Of a stretch of 64,000 nt of DNA, positions 27,374 through 40,735 are shown in pieces. The notes below the pieces were generated by a model, which searched no databases, had not been told where the DNA came from, and worked only from the letters and a program-made list of their open reading frames with translations. Both the position numbers and the translations under genes were made by a program. Source of the stretch: Felis catus (taxonomy: Eukaryota); assembly GCF_018350175.1 (NCBI RefSeq), contig NC_058381.1:15872001-15936000 (forward strand), given 5' to 3'. How positions within the stretch are numbered: the stretch's first letter is position 1; each line of letters starts with the position of its first letter.

Positions 27374-30300
27374 TCAGAAGTTGCTGATCTTCTGCAGCAG
27401 GGTTTGGCGCCGCTCCTCAGGGCTAATGTTCTCGGCGATGGACTTTAAGAAACGCTGCTCATTTACCTTCTGGAGCAAGGAACTAACAGAAGGGTTGGCC
27501 TTGCTTAGGGTTTCGTAGCAGGTGAGGATTTCCAAGGCCAAGACGTAGAGAGGTTCACACACCTCTTGGTGGACCATGGCCATGATGTGCAGAACATGAC
27601 AGAATACCTGGGTATAAAAAAACAGGGTTTCCTGGGTCAGGTCCTGTTCTTGTCCTTGAGCCCAAGGGCCAACTGACTGTATCAACCTAACGGAGTCCAG
27701 GAGGTTAGTCAGACTGTTACAGAGAAGTCTGACCACATGGCTCCAGCCTTCCATAGGAAGCCAATTACGACAACTCTGGCTGCAGAGAAACTGGAAGGCT
27801 CTCAGAAAGAGTACAGAGAGTTGGAGCTCCTGGGCAAAGGGCTTCAGGTTGAGCAGAGGAACAAACTGAATATATTCCAAGCTATAAGGGACATGTAGGA
27901 GCTGTTTCTCCAATAGTCTCCTGGTCAACTGGTAAAGGTACTGCCACTCCTGGGGGCTGCACCAAGGCATGACTTGTACCAGGGCCACCAGAAAGCCCTT
28001 GCTGAACAATCTGACCTCCTCAGGGTTGCCCACATCTACCACCAAGAGGGAAAGCATCTGCTCAGAGATGCTGCTAGAGAGGTAGCAGCACTCCATCCAG
28101 GCAAGAAGCCCTGTGCCTGGCCCGTACCCAGGGTGGGCCTGGGAGGTCCACTCGTCCTCAGAAAGCTTACAGATCTCAAAAAGTGTGGCCGGCACCTCAC
28201 ACTTGAAGTGGCCCTCAAAGAGGTTCTTCATTCTCAAGCGCACTGTCCAATCGAGCTGTTCCAGCTTCCGGTGGAGCCAAGACTGGGACTTGATCCATGT
28301 GTCCGGGGAGAAGGTCTCAGCATTAGCCAGTACAATCTCACAGAGGATCTCCAGGATATGGATCACCAAATCCTTCCCATCCAAAGAGAGGCACCGCTTC
28401 TCTTTGGGGAGCTGCCAGTATTTGCTGAAGCAATCCAGCAGCTGGCACAAGCTGAAGATGAGAGGGAACGGAGAACAGGTCTGCAGCCAGTATCCCTCTA
28501 AAGATGCATTTGCTTGGAGAGTCTGGATGAAGATCTTCAAACTGAGGTCCACCTCTTTGACATCTAGCATCAAGAAGGGCAGGACGAACTCTTTTAGCAC
28601 TTCATCTGGCTCAAGAAGAGCAGCAACTGGGATACCCTGGGGCTTCACAGGGGTCATGAGACAGCTCAGGAGCTCCAAAAATTGCTTTTCTTCCTTGGGT
28701 GTAGAGAACTTTCTCCAGACGGTTTCTTTGAGGCATGACACCACAAAATTGGTGGGTGGATTTGGACTCTGCTCTTCCATGAACCTAAGGGCAGGGAAGG
28801 CAGTGAGAATCTGAGCCAGGAACTTGTGAGTGCCAAGATTGACCACAGCCATGCTGCACATTTTCTTCACCGTGATCTCTGGGTACAGAATTACCAGGCG
28901 AGCCACAGAAGCTACAGCTTTAGCTAAGCCCTGTTCAGAGGCACTCTGTGCGAGCTGGTTAAAAGTTGTATTGAGGTCTTCCTGAAACCCGTCCAAGTAA
29001 GCCAACTTCTCAGACAGACCCTTTCGCCCCCAGGAGCACAGGGTGCCTGATAGGACTTTATTTTTGTCTGGCAGTGAGAGGTCTACATAACATTCCAGGA
29101 TCAGGCTGATCACTTGTTTGATCTGAGATTCAGGGATGGCTCTGTCTGTCACGGTGACTTCCATCACCGTTTGCAACAGCTTTAACAACAAGTCCGGCTC
29201 TTGGAAGAGAGCCTGGTTATTTACCAGGCAGGCTAGCCACTCATCTGAGAAAGCCCACTTCTTCTCAGAAGCAAAAATGTAGCACATTTCCATATGCCGG
29301 TCCATCTTCTGGTTGATGATGGCCATGGCGATCGAGGCAGTGATGTCCTTCTCGAAGCCCTTGTTCTTCAGCACCCTGTTTGTTTTCTTTAGGAAGTCCC
29401 CTACACACTCTGCCAGCTCAGAGACCACCTGCCCCTCCTCCTTAGACAAGCTGGTGGAATCCAGGTAGAGCTTCAAGTTCTGGCTGAAGGAAGTCAGACT
29501 ATCACACAGCCGGTAGCTGTCATAACTTGTCCCCTGGCTGCTGTTGAGCACGGTCTGCAGCTCCTCCCCCCACTCTCGCAGCAGGCTGCACATGAACTCC
29601 AACCCGATGAAAACTGTGTCGCTTGGGAGCTTGGCCAGGGAAGTCAGGCTGATGTCCCGTTCTGCTTCCTTTACCTTCTCTGCCAGTGCCTGTTGGTGAT
29701 ACGGGTTCTGGGTGTCCAAATTCCACACGGAGATCACCGCGGCCAGTTTGTCCAGATACACAGTTGCAGACACTTCCTGGGGGTCATCCTCCATTAGTGC
29801 AAACACCGTCAACATGTCAGCCAAGTTGGCTAGCGCATAGCACTTCATCCCGGGGCACAGGATTCGATTTTGGATTTGTTTCAACCCAGTGAGCAGCATG
29901 GCCAATAGGGGCATAGTAGGACACACATCTGGGTCTGACTTAAACCTCTTTGGAGGATGGGAGAACTCATCTGAAGAGGACAAGTACTTATGGGCCATTG
30001 TTCTAAACTGGGAGAGCAGGGGGTCCTGCTGATTGCCTTTGTGCTTTATCATTTCCCACCAGACACTGAGGAAAAAGGCCACATCCTTTGAAGAAGTGTC
30101 AACAGACATGTGCTCCAAAAAGTGCTCTAGTTCTGCACGGCAGATAGTGGTGGGCAGGGCCATCAGGAGCTGGATAAAGAGTCCAGAAGCTTCCAGAGAC
30201 TTGAGCAGCTCAAAAAGCACTGTGTGATTGATGGTAGGGATCATGTTGACTACTGAGAAGAACACATCTTCCTGCCACCGAGTGTCAGTGTCAGAAGGGG

Positions 30301-30540
30301 TGACAGGGTAGGGCTGAAGAACCTTGGCCCAGATGATGATCAGAGCTTTCTTCTTCCAGGCAAAGGGCTGGGAATGTGCTGTGGTGGAGGAGATCTCCCT
30401 TAGGGCCTCCACAATGGGCCGCCCAACACGCTCCCAGTCAGACTTTGTCAATTCTGTCAGTGCCTTGGGGTGGAACAGCTGCTCAGCGAGCAAGAAGCCT
30501 CCATGAAGAATAGTCATTTCTTCGCAGATATTCAAGGGTC
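27374..30540 (-). CDS. GEMIN4: GEMIN4 large coding exon 2 (SMN complex component)
   Basis: 3167 nt open frame; CAG acceptor at 30541-30543; joins exon 1 to give [18 protein letters not shown]..., 1058 aa in total. Confidence 0.97.
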
Positions 30541-33059
30541 CTGCACAGAGAGAAACCGAACAAGACAGAATGTGGTGAAAAATCTTTAAAATAATTAGAA
30601 GGAGTTAGAGGCAAAGAGACATCAGTTAGTACAGGCTGGCTGTCATTATCAGAGTTGGACATGAGAAGGGTTCAGTGAGACTGGGAAGAAGGGATAGTTC
30701 CAAGAGCTGCTGCAGAGCTGGAGTCAAAAGGACTTGCCTGAGGAATAAAAAAGGACTCCCATACTCTCTAGCCTGGATTGGGAAGACAATGGGCATCACT
30801 GGAGGAACAAAGAAGAATCAGAACAGTTTTGGAGGAACCCACTGTTCAGTTTGGGTCATTTGGAGTTTGAGGTAGAACATTAAGGTAGAAACATCCTCCA
30901 GCAATGGAAAGGTGGGGTTGACACCCAGGAGGAGAGTCCATCCTGAAATGTAGCTCAGGGAGATATCCACCCAGAGGGGATCAATGGAATGAGCAAAGTA
31001 AATGAGATCCTGCAGGAAAAGCATGTGAAAAGGGAAGGGCTAGGCCCTCCGGCACAGGATGGGCCAGCAGAGGATGTGGGGAGGAAGGCTGAGAGAGAGA
31101 GATATCACAGCAGTACCAAACTGCAGGGGCCACCAAGTGAGTAGTGTGGAATGTGACAATTGAGCCTCTAAGTAATGATATAGCCTAAGAGGGGCACAGG
31201 CCAGGGCTGTGGGCATAGAAGCAATCAGACAAGCCTTGCCGTCCTTCCTTTCCCTTACAGCCTTGTCTTGCAAACAGATTTCAAATGTTCTGCCTTTCGG
31301 GGAAACAGTTTACCCCATAGCTCTTTCTGTCAAACCAGAACAAGCTACTGAAGGCTCTGGTTCTCTGGTAGAAACCGAGAGGTCGACACAAAAAAATACT
31401 AGATTAAGAAAGAAAAGTTCTTCCTCCAGTGAGCCATGAATCAACAGACTTCTCAAGGAAGGCATTTTGGGATGTTTAATTAAGACACAGCTTTAAATCC
31501 TAGTTCAACCATTTAAAAGCAGTGCAATCTTAGATTTCTTCTCTGAGCTTCCCTTCTGTGTACGTGGGGAAAATAGAGACTTCCTATTAGGACTGTGAGG
31601 AACAAGCGATAATATTAGCTAAGCCCTTGGCAGAGGTGGTTGCTGTTAGCTTCCGATTCCATCTCCCAGAGCTGCTGAGCGTTAAATAAGATATAGCTAC
31701 AGTAAGCATCTGGCTACAAAGAGCCTGGTAAGTGCTCAATAAACGTTGATTCCCCCCAAATCTTTCCATTGTTGGCAGGACCAGAACCTTGTCACTATTC
31801 TTTGCCTTCCCCAGCTCAATAATAGGAAAGGACATAGGTCTTCCTCAAGTAAGCTTCTTCCAGCCCGGAAACAAAATAAGAGTACAAACACTACTCACTA
31901 TTGAGTATTCCTGACTTCTCTCCCCTTTCCCAGGGCATGGAGATGCCACCCCTTCCTCATTCCCTCATGCCTCCAAGAACCCATCTTTCCCATTTATACA
32001 GGCCAGAAGCCAGCAAGTGAGAGCCTTGATTCAGATTTAAAAAGGTCCTGCCCTTTGACCTTAAGGGAGCAGCTAAAGGCAAAGGATTATCCAACCAACT
32101 GGTGAAGGCAATTCACCTGGACCCCCAGTGGCCAAGGCAGACTCCCAGGGAAGATCAGGTTGCCTGAGGGGTCTCACTGGGGATTCTGCCCCTTCCCCCC
32201 CCCCCTTTTTTTGGTTCAGGTTGGTCTCCTAGGACCCCAAAATATGCCCCCCATGAATCTGTATATTTAATTTTATTGCACAATCAGTTCAGCCAAAATG
32301 TTTGGCCCCCAATACCCACTTTCCAGAGATGGTATGTTCACTGTGCTACCTGAAGGAGTTAAGTCCCAGGAGCTATCGGTTAACAGCTGGGCAAATCCTA
32401 AGTCTTTTTATTACTCCTGGTTAACTGGTGCTTGTAACTCCCTCCCTATGTTTATTAAGTGTTTACTCCGTGTCAGGCACTGTGCGAGATCTTTTTGAAT
32501 CTTCAAATCAACCTGCTGACCCTTTCTGCTGTAGCGATGGGAACACTGAGATTCAGGAAGAGTTTGCTCAGAATGTCTCTACTACAGCGTAATGGGGCTG
32601 GGACAGAAATCACCACAGCTGCAGGGCTCCAAACTCTCTCCTGTTCCACCACTGAAGAGCTAACTGGGGATAGGACTACTGGCACATCTCGGGGTGCCTC
32701 ACCCCAGCTCTCTCAGAACAGCCTCCTGGTCTTATCTCCATAAGAGCATGGCTAGCAGGGTGGGAGGCTGGACAAGGAGCCACCGATTTATACTAGGTCT
32801 CCCCTCCCTTCCCGCAGACCCTGCCTGTGAGGATTCTGAATCAAAGGCACAGAAGTTCAAAAGTGCCCCTCGGCTGCTGCGGCCCTCCCCACAGCTGCTG
32901 GTCGCATGAACGTTAGCTGTGCACAAGGCACCGTACCAGACACTGTATACACGTGCTCTCAATCCAAAGGCCCCCAAACTGTGTGATGGATACATTATCA
33001 TCGTCCCCGTTATATCTATGAGGACCTCAAGAGCGTAAGACGCTTGCTCAACAACTCGG

Positions 33060-34070
33060 TAGCCATTCAATAAATGAGACTGTCGGGGTATCCGGGATTC
33101 CCCCGGGCGTCTTCTGAGCCGGGCATTTTCCAAAGCACGTGCACAAACCCTGCCTGTCCACCTTCAGGAAAATCTAACTTCACATCCGCTTCGCCCTTCA
33201 CGTGGAAAGGCGTCCGGAGGGAGCAAGATGCCGGCCATGGAGCTGCCGGGCCGGGGTTAGATCCCGGCCTCCCGACCCCCGGCCTCCAAGGATAACCCCG
33301 CCCTCCAAAACCCTCCCCAGCCCGGAGGTCTCCCTTAGCCCGGACCCGCTCAGCACCGCCCTCGTCCCCCGTCTCGGGACGCGGACCAGGAGGGCCGAGG
33401 ACCGGCACCAGAGACACCCACCTAGGTCCATGGCGGCGACGCCAGCGGCCGTGAGGCCGCCCCTCCCCCGCGAGGCCGCGAGCGCAGCGCAGGCGCCACG
33501 GCACAATGGGCAGTTCCGGGGGGCGGGACAATGGGCCGCGCGCCTCAGCCCCCGCCCACAATCTCAGCCCCGGCTCCGCGCGGTCGGTCGCGATCCTCCC
33601 GCCGCTCCGCGCGCACGCGCGGTCCTCACCGACAGGTCAGCGGCGTCCAGGCAGCCCGGCCCACATCGCCCCCTACCGGCCCGAGGCTTCCAACCAGTCA
33701 ACAGGCAAGAACTCGCACTTCGTTTCCGCCCTGCGTGCCCCGCCCCGCCCCCAAACGTCCGTCCGGTCACTGGCCCCTGGGCTCTACAGCTCCCTTTGCC
33801 TGCCCGCTCAACACCGCTTGTGTTCAACCCCTGCACAGCCCAGCCTTCTGAGTCCCAGTGGCTCCTACCCACTAGCTCCATCCCAGGTTCCGCTTTCGCT
33901 CTCATACAGTAACCCCCGGGATTACCCGCACTGAACGCCCTCCCCCTGGCTGCCCATTAACCAGCACAGATGTGCCACTCAGAGGCGTCTTCGCCTCTAG
34001 CGGGTCTGCCTGGTCTCACTCAAGACCATCTGCCCCCCCAGACGCACAACCCGCCCTCCCCCCGCTCCCC
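33060..34070. promoter_or_regulatory. GEMIN4/DBIL5 head-to-head CpG island
   Basis: CpG-rich with GC boxes (GGGGCGGG/CCCGCCCC) between the divergent genes. Confidence 0.85.
33422..33431 (-). CDS. GEMIN4: GEMIN4 coding part of exon 1 (ATGGACCTAG)
   Basis: GCCGCCATGG Kozak context, 10 coding nt, GTGGGT donor; restores the frame of exon 2. Confidence 0.93.
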
Positions 34071-34435
34071 AGAGTGCCTTCTTCTCATAGCAGCAGCACA
34101 GCATCCTAAATTTTCTGGCATCATAATAGATGCCTGTGAAATGTTACTGGTTACCCTCCCCAGAAAATGCATTTTGCCAGCCAGAGCAATAGGAGGGGAG
34201 AGCCAATCCAAATAGCCTCAGTTTGCAATCTGAACTTTATAAAAACACATTGGACTTCTCACTGGGAAGACACACATGGACCTCCCGTGTTCTCAAACAT
34301 TACCGTCTCCTTTGCTCCCTTTCACTCTTCAGAGACCTAATTACTAGCCTCCAGCGTTTCTAACTCTCCATCCTCCATCCTCCAGTGCCAACTGTCACCT
34401 AGAAAAGACACAGGGGCCCGGCCTCAGTTCCCCCA

Positions 34436-34699
34436 ATGTGCCAAGTAGAGTTTGAGATGGCCTGCGCTGCTGTCAAGCAGTTGAAGGGACCTGTGAGTGA
34501 TCAGGAGAAACTGTTGGTGTACAGCTTCTACAAACAGGCCACCCAGGGCGACTGCAACATCCCTGCCCCACCTGCCACAGATGTGAAAGCCAAGGCCAAG
34601 TGGGAGGCATGGAACGAGAACAAAGGGATGTCCAAGATGGATGCCATGAGGATCTATGTTGCCAAAGTGGAAGAACTGAAGAAAAATGACAGTGGATAA
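34436..34699 (+). CDS. DBIL5: Diazepam-binding inhibitor-like 5 / endozepine-like peptide (acyl-CoA-binding protein family), intact 87 aa
   Basis: ACBP signatures [30 protein letters not shown]; syntenic position between GEMIN4 and GLOD4. Confidence 0.92.
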   Translation: MCQVEFEMACAAVKQLKGPVSDQEKLLVYSFYKQATQGDCNIPAPPATDVKAKAKWEAWNENKGMSKMDAMRIYVAKVEELKKNDSG

Positions 34700-34814
34700 G
34701 GAGGAGTGCCAAACAGAATGAAGTGGCATGGCTCCTCTGGTAGGGAAAAGGGCTTCTTAAAAGTCTGATGGCTGAAATGTCATGAAGCCATAATAACTGT
34801 AGCTGAGAGACCTC

Positions 34815-34820
34815 AATAAA
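34815..34820 (+). terminator. DBIL5 polyadenylation signal AATAAA
   Basis: AATAAA ~115 nt after the stop. Confidence 0.7.
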
Positions 34821-35454
34821 TCACTTAAACTGCATGAGAGTGACTGTTTGCTGACAGGTGATTACACTCAAAGTGACTGGGAGAATCCTGGGGAGGTGTC
34901 CAAAATATATGAAAACAGCCTCTCCACTAGGGAAAGTTCCATCAAAACTGGCTTCATGTAGGATTCTAAGAGCTCCCAGCCTTCCTATTCCCAGATAGAT
35001 ATTTGGCAGGAGTAGAGGGGTTGGGGGAAGAATCATGCTATGGAAATTGCCCAAGATTTGAGGTCAGTCACAAAGACCATTCTCCAGAGGCTAGGCCTCT
35101 CAGGAGAAAGGAGAAGGAAGGAGGAGGCTGAGGCTCCTCTCTCTTCAGGGGTTGTCTGTTCACTACTAACCCAACATTACTGAGGGGAAAGGGTCTTTGT
35201 CTTCCAAAAAGCTCAAGTCAAGTCCTACTTCCCAAAGCCCCACTGGAACATAGGCCTGATGAAGTCAATTATTTGAGGGAAGTCAAACATTTAGTGACGT
35301 AATTGATGCATGACAACATAGCAGATGAGAAACACCGAAGCAGATGGTTTCAAAATCCCAGCCTCTGAATGCAACCAAAATTTCCTTGGGATTAGTCTGT
35401 AGTTAACCCTGCTTTCTGCTTGCATGTCGGTAGGACAAGATGTGTACATGTAAA

Positions 35455-35655
35455 TGAGTTTATTTATTTATGTTTGTTTATTTTTGGTAGTGAGAGAGTG
35501 CAAGCACAAGCAGGGGAGGGGCAGAGGGTGGGGGACAGAGGATCCCAAGCGGGCTCTGGGTTGACAGCCTGAGGCGGGACTCAAATTCAAGAACCGTGAG
35601 ACCATGACCTGAGCCAAAGTTGGACACTCAACTGACTAAGCCACCCAGGCGCCCC
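35455..35655 (-). mobile_element. Can-SINE
   Basis: Antisense SINE motifs. Confidence 0.85.
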
Positions 35656-36214
35656 CGAATTTGTTTCAGAAAGACAACCCACCCCTTGACCCATGCAAAG
35701 GCCAAAGTGCCTGAGCTCAGCTTCCACTCCTTAGTGTTGATTATCACGGAGGCATCGATGGACAAAAGTGCACTGGGATATGGAGTGCTATTACTAAAGA
35801 CATTTCAGAGAAAAAGCTCTGCTGTGGCATGGAACTTCCCAATACTTTTCCTCAAAAACTATTTTCACAGATCATGACATCAGGTCAGCTCCAGTTCATG
35901 AAGGACCCTTAAACAATAGAAGCAACAACCATAAAGACTTCGGAGGACAAAGGAAACCAAAGATCTTTAGGATCTTCTGTTCATGTATTTACAGGAAGTG
36001 GCTATAGACTAAGTACAGATATTACTTGAGAATAAAGTGTCCCCAGGACACCAGTGGTGTCTGTGACTAAAGAACTATTGTAACTATAAACTGGGCAAAT
36101 AGTTGTACAATAGTTGTGCTGTCCTCTCTTCTTTGGAGGATATTATAAGCACATTTTGATGCTTTTAGGACCCTGATTCACATTAAATGTGAATTACTTA
36201 AAAATAATAATAGA

Positions 36215-36709
36215 GGGGCATCTGGGTGGCTCAGTGGGTTAAGCTTCCAACTCTTGATTTCAGCTCAGGTCATGATCTCACATGTGAGTTTGAACCCCAC
36301 ATCGGGCTCTGGGGTGACAGTGCAGAGCCTGCTTGGGATTCTCTCTCTCTCCCTCTCTCTCTGAACCTCCCCCACTCTCTCTCTCTCTCAAAACTAAACA
36401 AACTTAAAAAAAAAGAAAAAAAAAAAGAGTATCTTGCTCCAAAATATGGTATAAACTCAGGAGTTGTAGGTATAGCCATACCATTCTGTAAATCATTATA
36501 TAAAACCTGATAAAGTAAAAATACACCATAGTTAGGACTGTAGAAAAAAACCATAAGATGAATTATTAAAAAAAAAAAAAAAAGTGGGGCATCTGGGTGG
36601 CTCGGTCAGTTAAATGTCCAACTCTTGAATTTGGCTCAGGCCATGACTATAGTATTGTGAGATCATCCCTGTGTCAGGCTCTGCACTGAGCTAGGAGCCT
36701 GCTTAAGAT

Positions 36710-36741
<32 letters not shown>

Positions 36742-36885
36742 CCCCACCCTCACCCTCTGCCCCTCTCCCCGCTTGCCTGCACTCTCTCTCCCTAAAATAA
36801 AATTTAAAAAAAAAGAGAGAGAATCTCTCTCTCTGCCCCTCCCCTGCTGGTGCACGCACGCATGTACTTTCTCAAAACAAAACAA
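36215..36885 (+). mobile_element. Two Can-SINEs (36215-36425, 36585-36812) plus an extra tail fragment
   Basis: Two tRNA heads GGGGCATCTGGGTGGCTC, each with CT/A tails. Confidence 0.85.
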
Positions 36886-37439
36886 TGTACACAGTGTGCT
36901 AAAATTTTTGGAGGAATCGGAGAACATAAGTATATTTGTATGCTTAATAAGTAGGAGGCAGGGAGAATGGGATTGACGGGGACAGGTAGGAGCAAGACTT
37001 TTCAAAGTATACCTTTTTATATTGTTTTGATTTTTGAATCATTGACTCTATTATCTTATAGAGGCCTGAGGCAAAAGTATTTGTTGATCATTAAGGCCGG
37101 AGTAAATTTCCTATGAACTTCCCAAAGGAAAGGTAGGAAATCTTAGACCAAACTGCAAGTTCCCATTAACTCTCACCATAAATTTCAGGGCACAAATTGG
37201 AGCCCCTCCTAAAAACTCTGCTAAGCCACAATGGCAACATGTGACAGGTGAGATGGGCAGAGAGTCACATAAAAGAGCAGTGAATATCCACAGCTTTGCT
37301 AATTCCACCAAGATGTCAAACAAATATGGACTTCATACTAACTCTCTGGCCTAAGCTAGGGGAACTCTTGCAACATAGCCATTCTAAATCTCTCTGGATT
37401 TAACCCAAGGGGAACTTGAATTTAAACTTAATATGCTAG

Positions 37440-37620
37440 GGGCACCTAGTTGATCATCCATTCTACTTAGGCTCAGGTCACGATCTCACAGCTTGTGGGT
37501 TCGAGCTCCTCGTCAGGCTCTGTGTTGACAGCTCACAGCCTGAAGCCTGCTTCGGATTCTGTGTCTCCCTCTCTGCTCTTCTCCCTCTCTCTCTCTCAAA
37601 AATAAACATTAAATTTTTTT
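37440..37620 (+). mobile_element. Can-SINE
   Basis: TSD TTAATATGCTAG. Confidence 0.85.
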
Positions 37621-37730
37621 TTAATATGCTAGAAGTCCACAACCCCTCAAGGCCAAAAAACAAAATGACTGCTCTGAAAACACAACCCTGAAGAAGCTCA
37701 AAAACTTTCCAGCTTCATCTGTCTTAAAAC

Positions 37731-37886
37731 NNNNNNNNNNNNNNNNNNNNNNNNNNNNNNNNNNNNNNNNNNNNNNNNNNNNNNNNNNNNNNNNNNNNNN
37801 NNNNNNNNNNNNNNNNNNNNNNNNNNNNNNNNNNNNNNNNNNNNNNNNNNNNNNNNNNNNNNNNNNNNNNNNNNNNNNNNNNNNNN
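37731..37886. other. Assembly gap (156 N), adjoining an antisense SINE at 37887-38073
   Basis: N run. Confidence 1.
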
Positions 37887-39806
37887 TTTACTTTGAGAGA
37901 GATGGCACAAGCAGGGGAGGGGCAGAGATAGAGGGAGAGAGAGAATTCCAAGCAGGCTCTGCACTGCCACCACAGAGCCAGACACGAGGCTTGAACCCAC
38001 GAACTATGAGATCATGACCCGAGCCAAAACCAACAGTCGAACGCTCAACCGACTGAGCCACCCCGGTGCTCCCAAAGCCATCTTTCTTATTACTTCGTTT
38101 TCTCGTGGAGCATACCAGAGGTGGGAAAGCAATCATACCTGGGGTCTAAAATCACTAGCTACACTGGGCAGAGGCAGACTTTTGGATTCCTTGATAAAAG
38201 GCCAAAGTTGTACACTAAATGGTTTTAGGATGAACACAATACTAAAGATTGCAGCTAAAGAAAAATGACTGGCTTGAGATAAAAGGGGGCTTATTTCGTA
38301 AAGTCAAAATGTCCCAGGTGAATAAACAGCATTAACTTTTCTCATGCATAGCTGTAATTTAAGAGAGGAAAATTCTGGTATATTAAAATTGAAGTGAATA
38401 AAAAGAAAACCAGTATGTGTTTAGTCATTCAGTACTTACATAAACCACTTAATTTATAATAACAAACTCAGATGGCCTATGTCAGCAGCCTAATACACTG
38501 GGAAAAGCATAGTTTCTTTGTACAAGAACAGTATTACCAGAGATAAACATCAAGAATTACTCATTAAGCTAAAGGGAAATCTGAGAATTCACAAATCTTA
38601 GTCTAAAGAGACACAGAGAAGTTTGGTTGTTCAAAATTTACACAATAATTTCCCCATGTACGTGAAAATAGGTGAACCAATTGTTTAGGGAAGGAACATC
38701 TAAACTTGGTTTGCTTGGAACCTCGTGATTGCTTCCCTAAGACAGGGAATTTAAGTTGAGTGAAAAGTGCTGTGGAGCTGGAAAAGGACTGTTTTCTGTC
38801 AGTGAAGGTAAGACCACCCTATAAGATGAACTGAAACCCGAAAATTTCCTGCCAGCAAGGGAGAATAACTGAGGTAATTTCACACATGTTATTCTGGAAC
38901 TGGGAACCTCTGAGCCAGCCCTTTTCAATCTCCTCAGTTTCTGCTCTATAATTAGAACCCGGCCACAACCATTTCAAATAATGAATCTTATGGCTGGTAT
39001 AAAAACTTGATTTCAGGAGTATACTTTCAAAAACCATTTAAGAATAAATATGGCCAATATAATTCTGTTTCCAGTCATTAAAATTTGTTCTGCAGAACCG
39101 AACAGAAAACTATAAGAAAATGTTAAAATAAAATTTTTCAGGCTGAAGAAATAATCTAATCCATAGTTAAGAAATCGAATCCATATTTAAGAAATTGAAA
39201 TTCTTGTGAGGATTTAGAAAAATTATATAAAGAAAGTGGCCTGAAGCCAGGCATGTAGCAGCACAACACATTAGATCCTTCCATCTGTTTTCTCTGGATA
39301 CTCAAAATTTTAAAGCAAGGAATGTGTGGGTGTTAGTCAAATCTTTTGATTCAATGAACAAAATGTCTTTAAAATGTTTCACTGTCAAGGCCTGCCAGAG
39401 GAAGGCATTAGATAGAAGAGCATACTATCATGGTACTGGAAGTATTCCTGCCATAAGCTTATCAAAATTCCCTCCATCTCCAACCAAAGGTCATGTCCCA
39501 CATAGTTGCCCAGGCTGAAAAGAATTCTAATCCACTGGAGTTACACATAGAATGTGCCATTCCAGTGACAGCGCAGCTTACAGCAAGAGTTCTCCTCTAA
39601 TGGGACTGACAACAGTAAGATTTTATTTCTAAATGTGTCTTGGAGCTTTCAAAGATTAAAACACACAGATCTTCACCACCCCAGCCTCCTTGCCTGTACA
39701 GGAAACAACCAAGTTGTGAGAGCGTTTATCAGGCATGGACAGACACATCAGGCCTTGCAGGTGCTAGACAGGAATCACAAATGCTTGTTCCATGAGATGT
39801 CTTCTG

Positions 39807-39872
39807 TTAACCCGAAGCCTTTGGTTTATTTTGTTTAGCAAACCACTCATCACTTTTATCTGCCGCCATTGC
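39807..39872 (-). CDS. GLOD4: GLOD4 exon 9 (last coding exon)
   Basis: AMAADKSDEWFAKQNKPKASG-stop; TAG acceptor; total CDS 897 nt = 298 aa. Confidence 0.94.
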   Translation of the reverse strand, partial: AMAADKSDEWFAKQNKPKASG

Positions 39873-40512
39873 CTATAGAAAGAGAATTGGAATGTATATT
39901 TAAGTCTATAAAACGAAACATACAGTCCACTTGGTACCTCTCATTGCAAGTGCATTGTCCACAGTCATTAACAATTACAATATACTGAATGCATTCATTC
40001 GGTATAGAGTATTACGTTTAATTTCACTGGATGCTGATGAGTTTTGAGCAACTGTTTGCAGATTCTCACATGGCAGAGCGAAGGGTAAAGCGTGCAGCCA
40101 GGGGGTGTGGCTGGACAGCTGACTGATCAGAGAGCAAGGAGCAAGCACACTAGTCTGCGGGGTCCTTGGTAGAACAGAAGGCTTGTCACTCTTCGCGTCT
40201 GGGTAGGCTCTCAAGAACTTTCAGTGCTAATGAGACTCAGTGTTACGAGACCAGATATGAAAAGATATTTTCATGTTTTAGCCATTAAGCCTGGAATGAT
40301 TTGCTTTTACAATGACTCCTCTGATACCATTCTACTGATGTTGGTACTGTTTGGTTAGTTTGGGGCCTCTTAATTAAAAAGGAAGCCTTGTGAATATGTT
40401 TTGGTTCCACTAGAGTATTTTTATTTTATTATTCCATGAGGCTGAGACCATGGAGAAGGGCTTATAGAGTGATCTAGGCTTAGAACCTAAGTCTTTTAAA
40501 ACTTCCTGTCCA

Positions 40513-40735
40513 GGGGCACCTGGGTGCTCAATCTGTTAAGCGTCCAACTTCGGCTCAGGTCATCGTCTCACAGTTCGTGAGTTTGAGCCCCACATTGGGC
40601 TCTGTGCTGACAGCTCAGAGCCTGGAGCCTGCTTCGAATTCTGTGTCTCCCTCTCTCTCTCTCTCTCTCTCTCTGCCTCTCCCCTGCTCGCTCTCTGTCT
40701 CTCTCTCTCTCAAAAAGATAAAAACATTAAAAAAA
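40513..40735 (+). mobile_element. Can-SINE in GLOD4 intron 8
   Basis: Full-length motifs. Confidence 0.88.

Noticed and set aside
27974-28814. Plus-strand ORFs of 175 and 233 aa
   Set aside because: Antisense shadows of the GEMIN4 coding exon with no recognisable domain
33067-33934. ORFs up to 236 aa in the GEMIN4 promoter
   Set aside because: CpG-island artefacts
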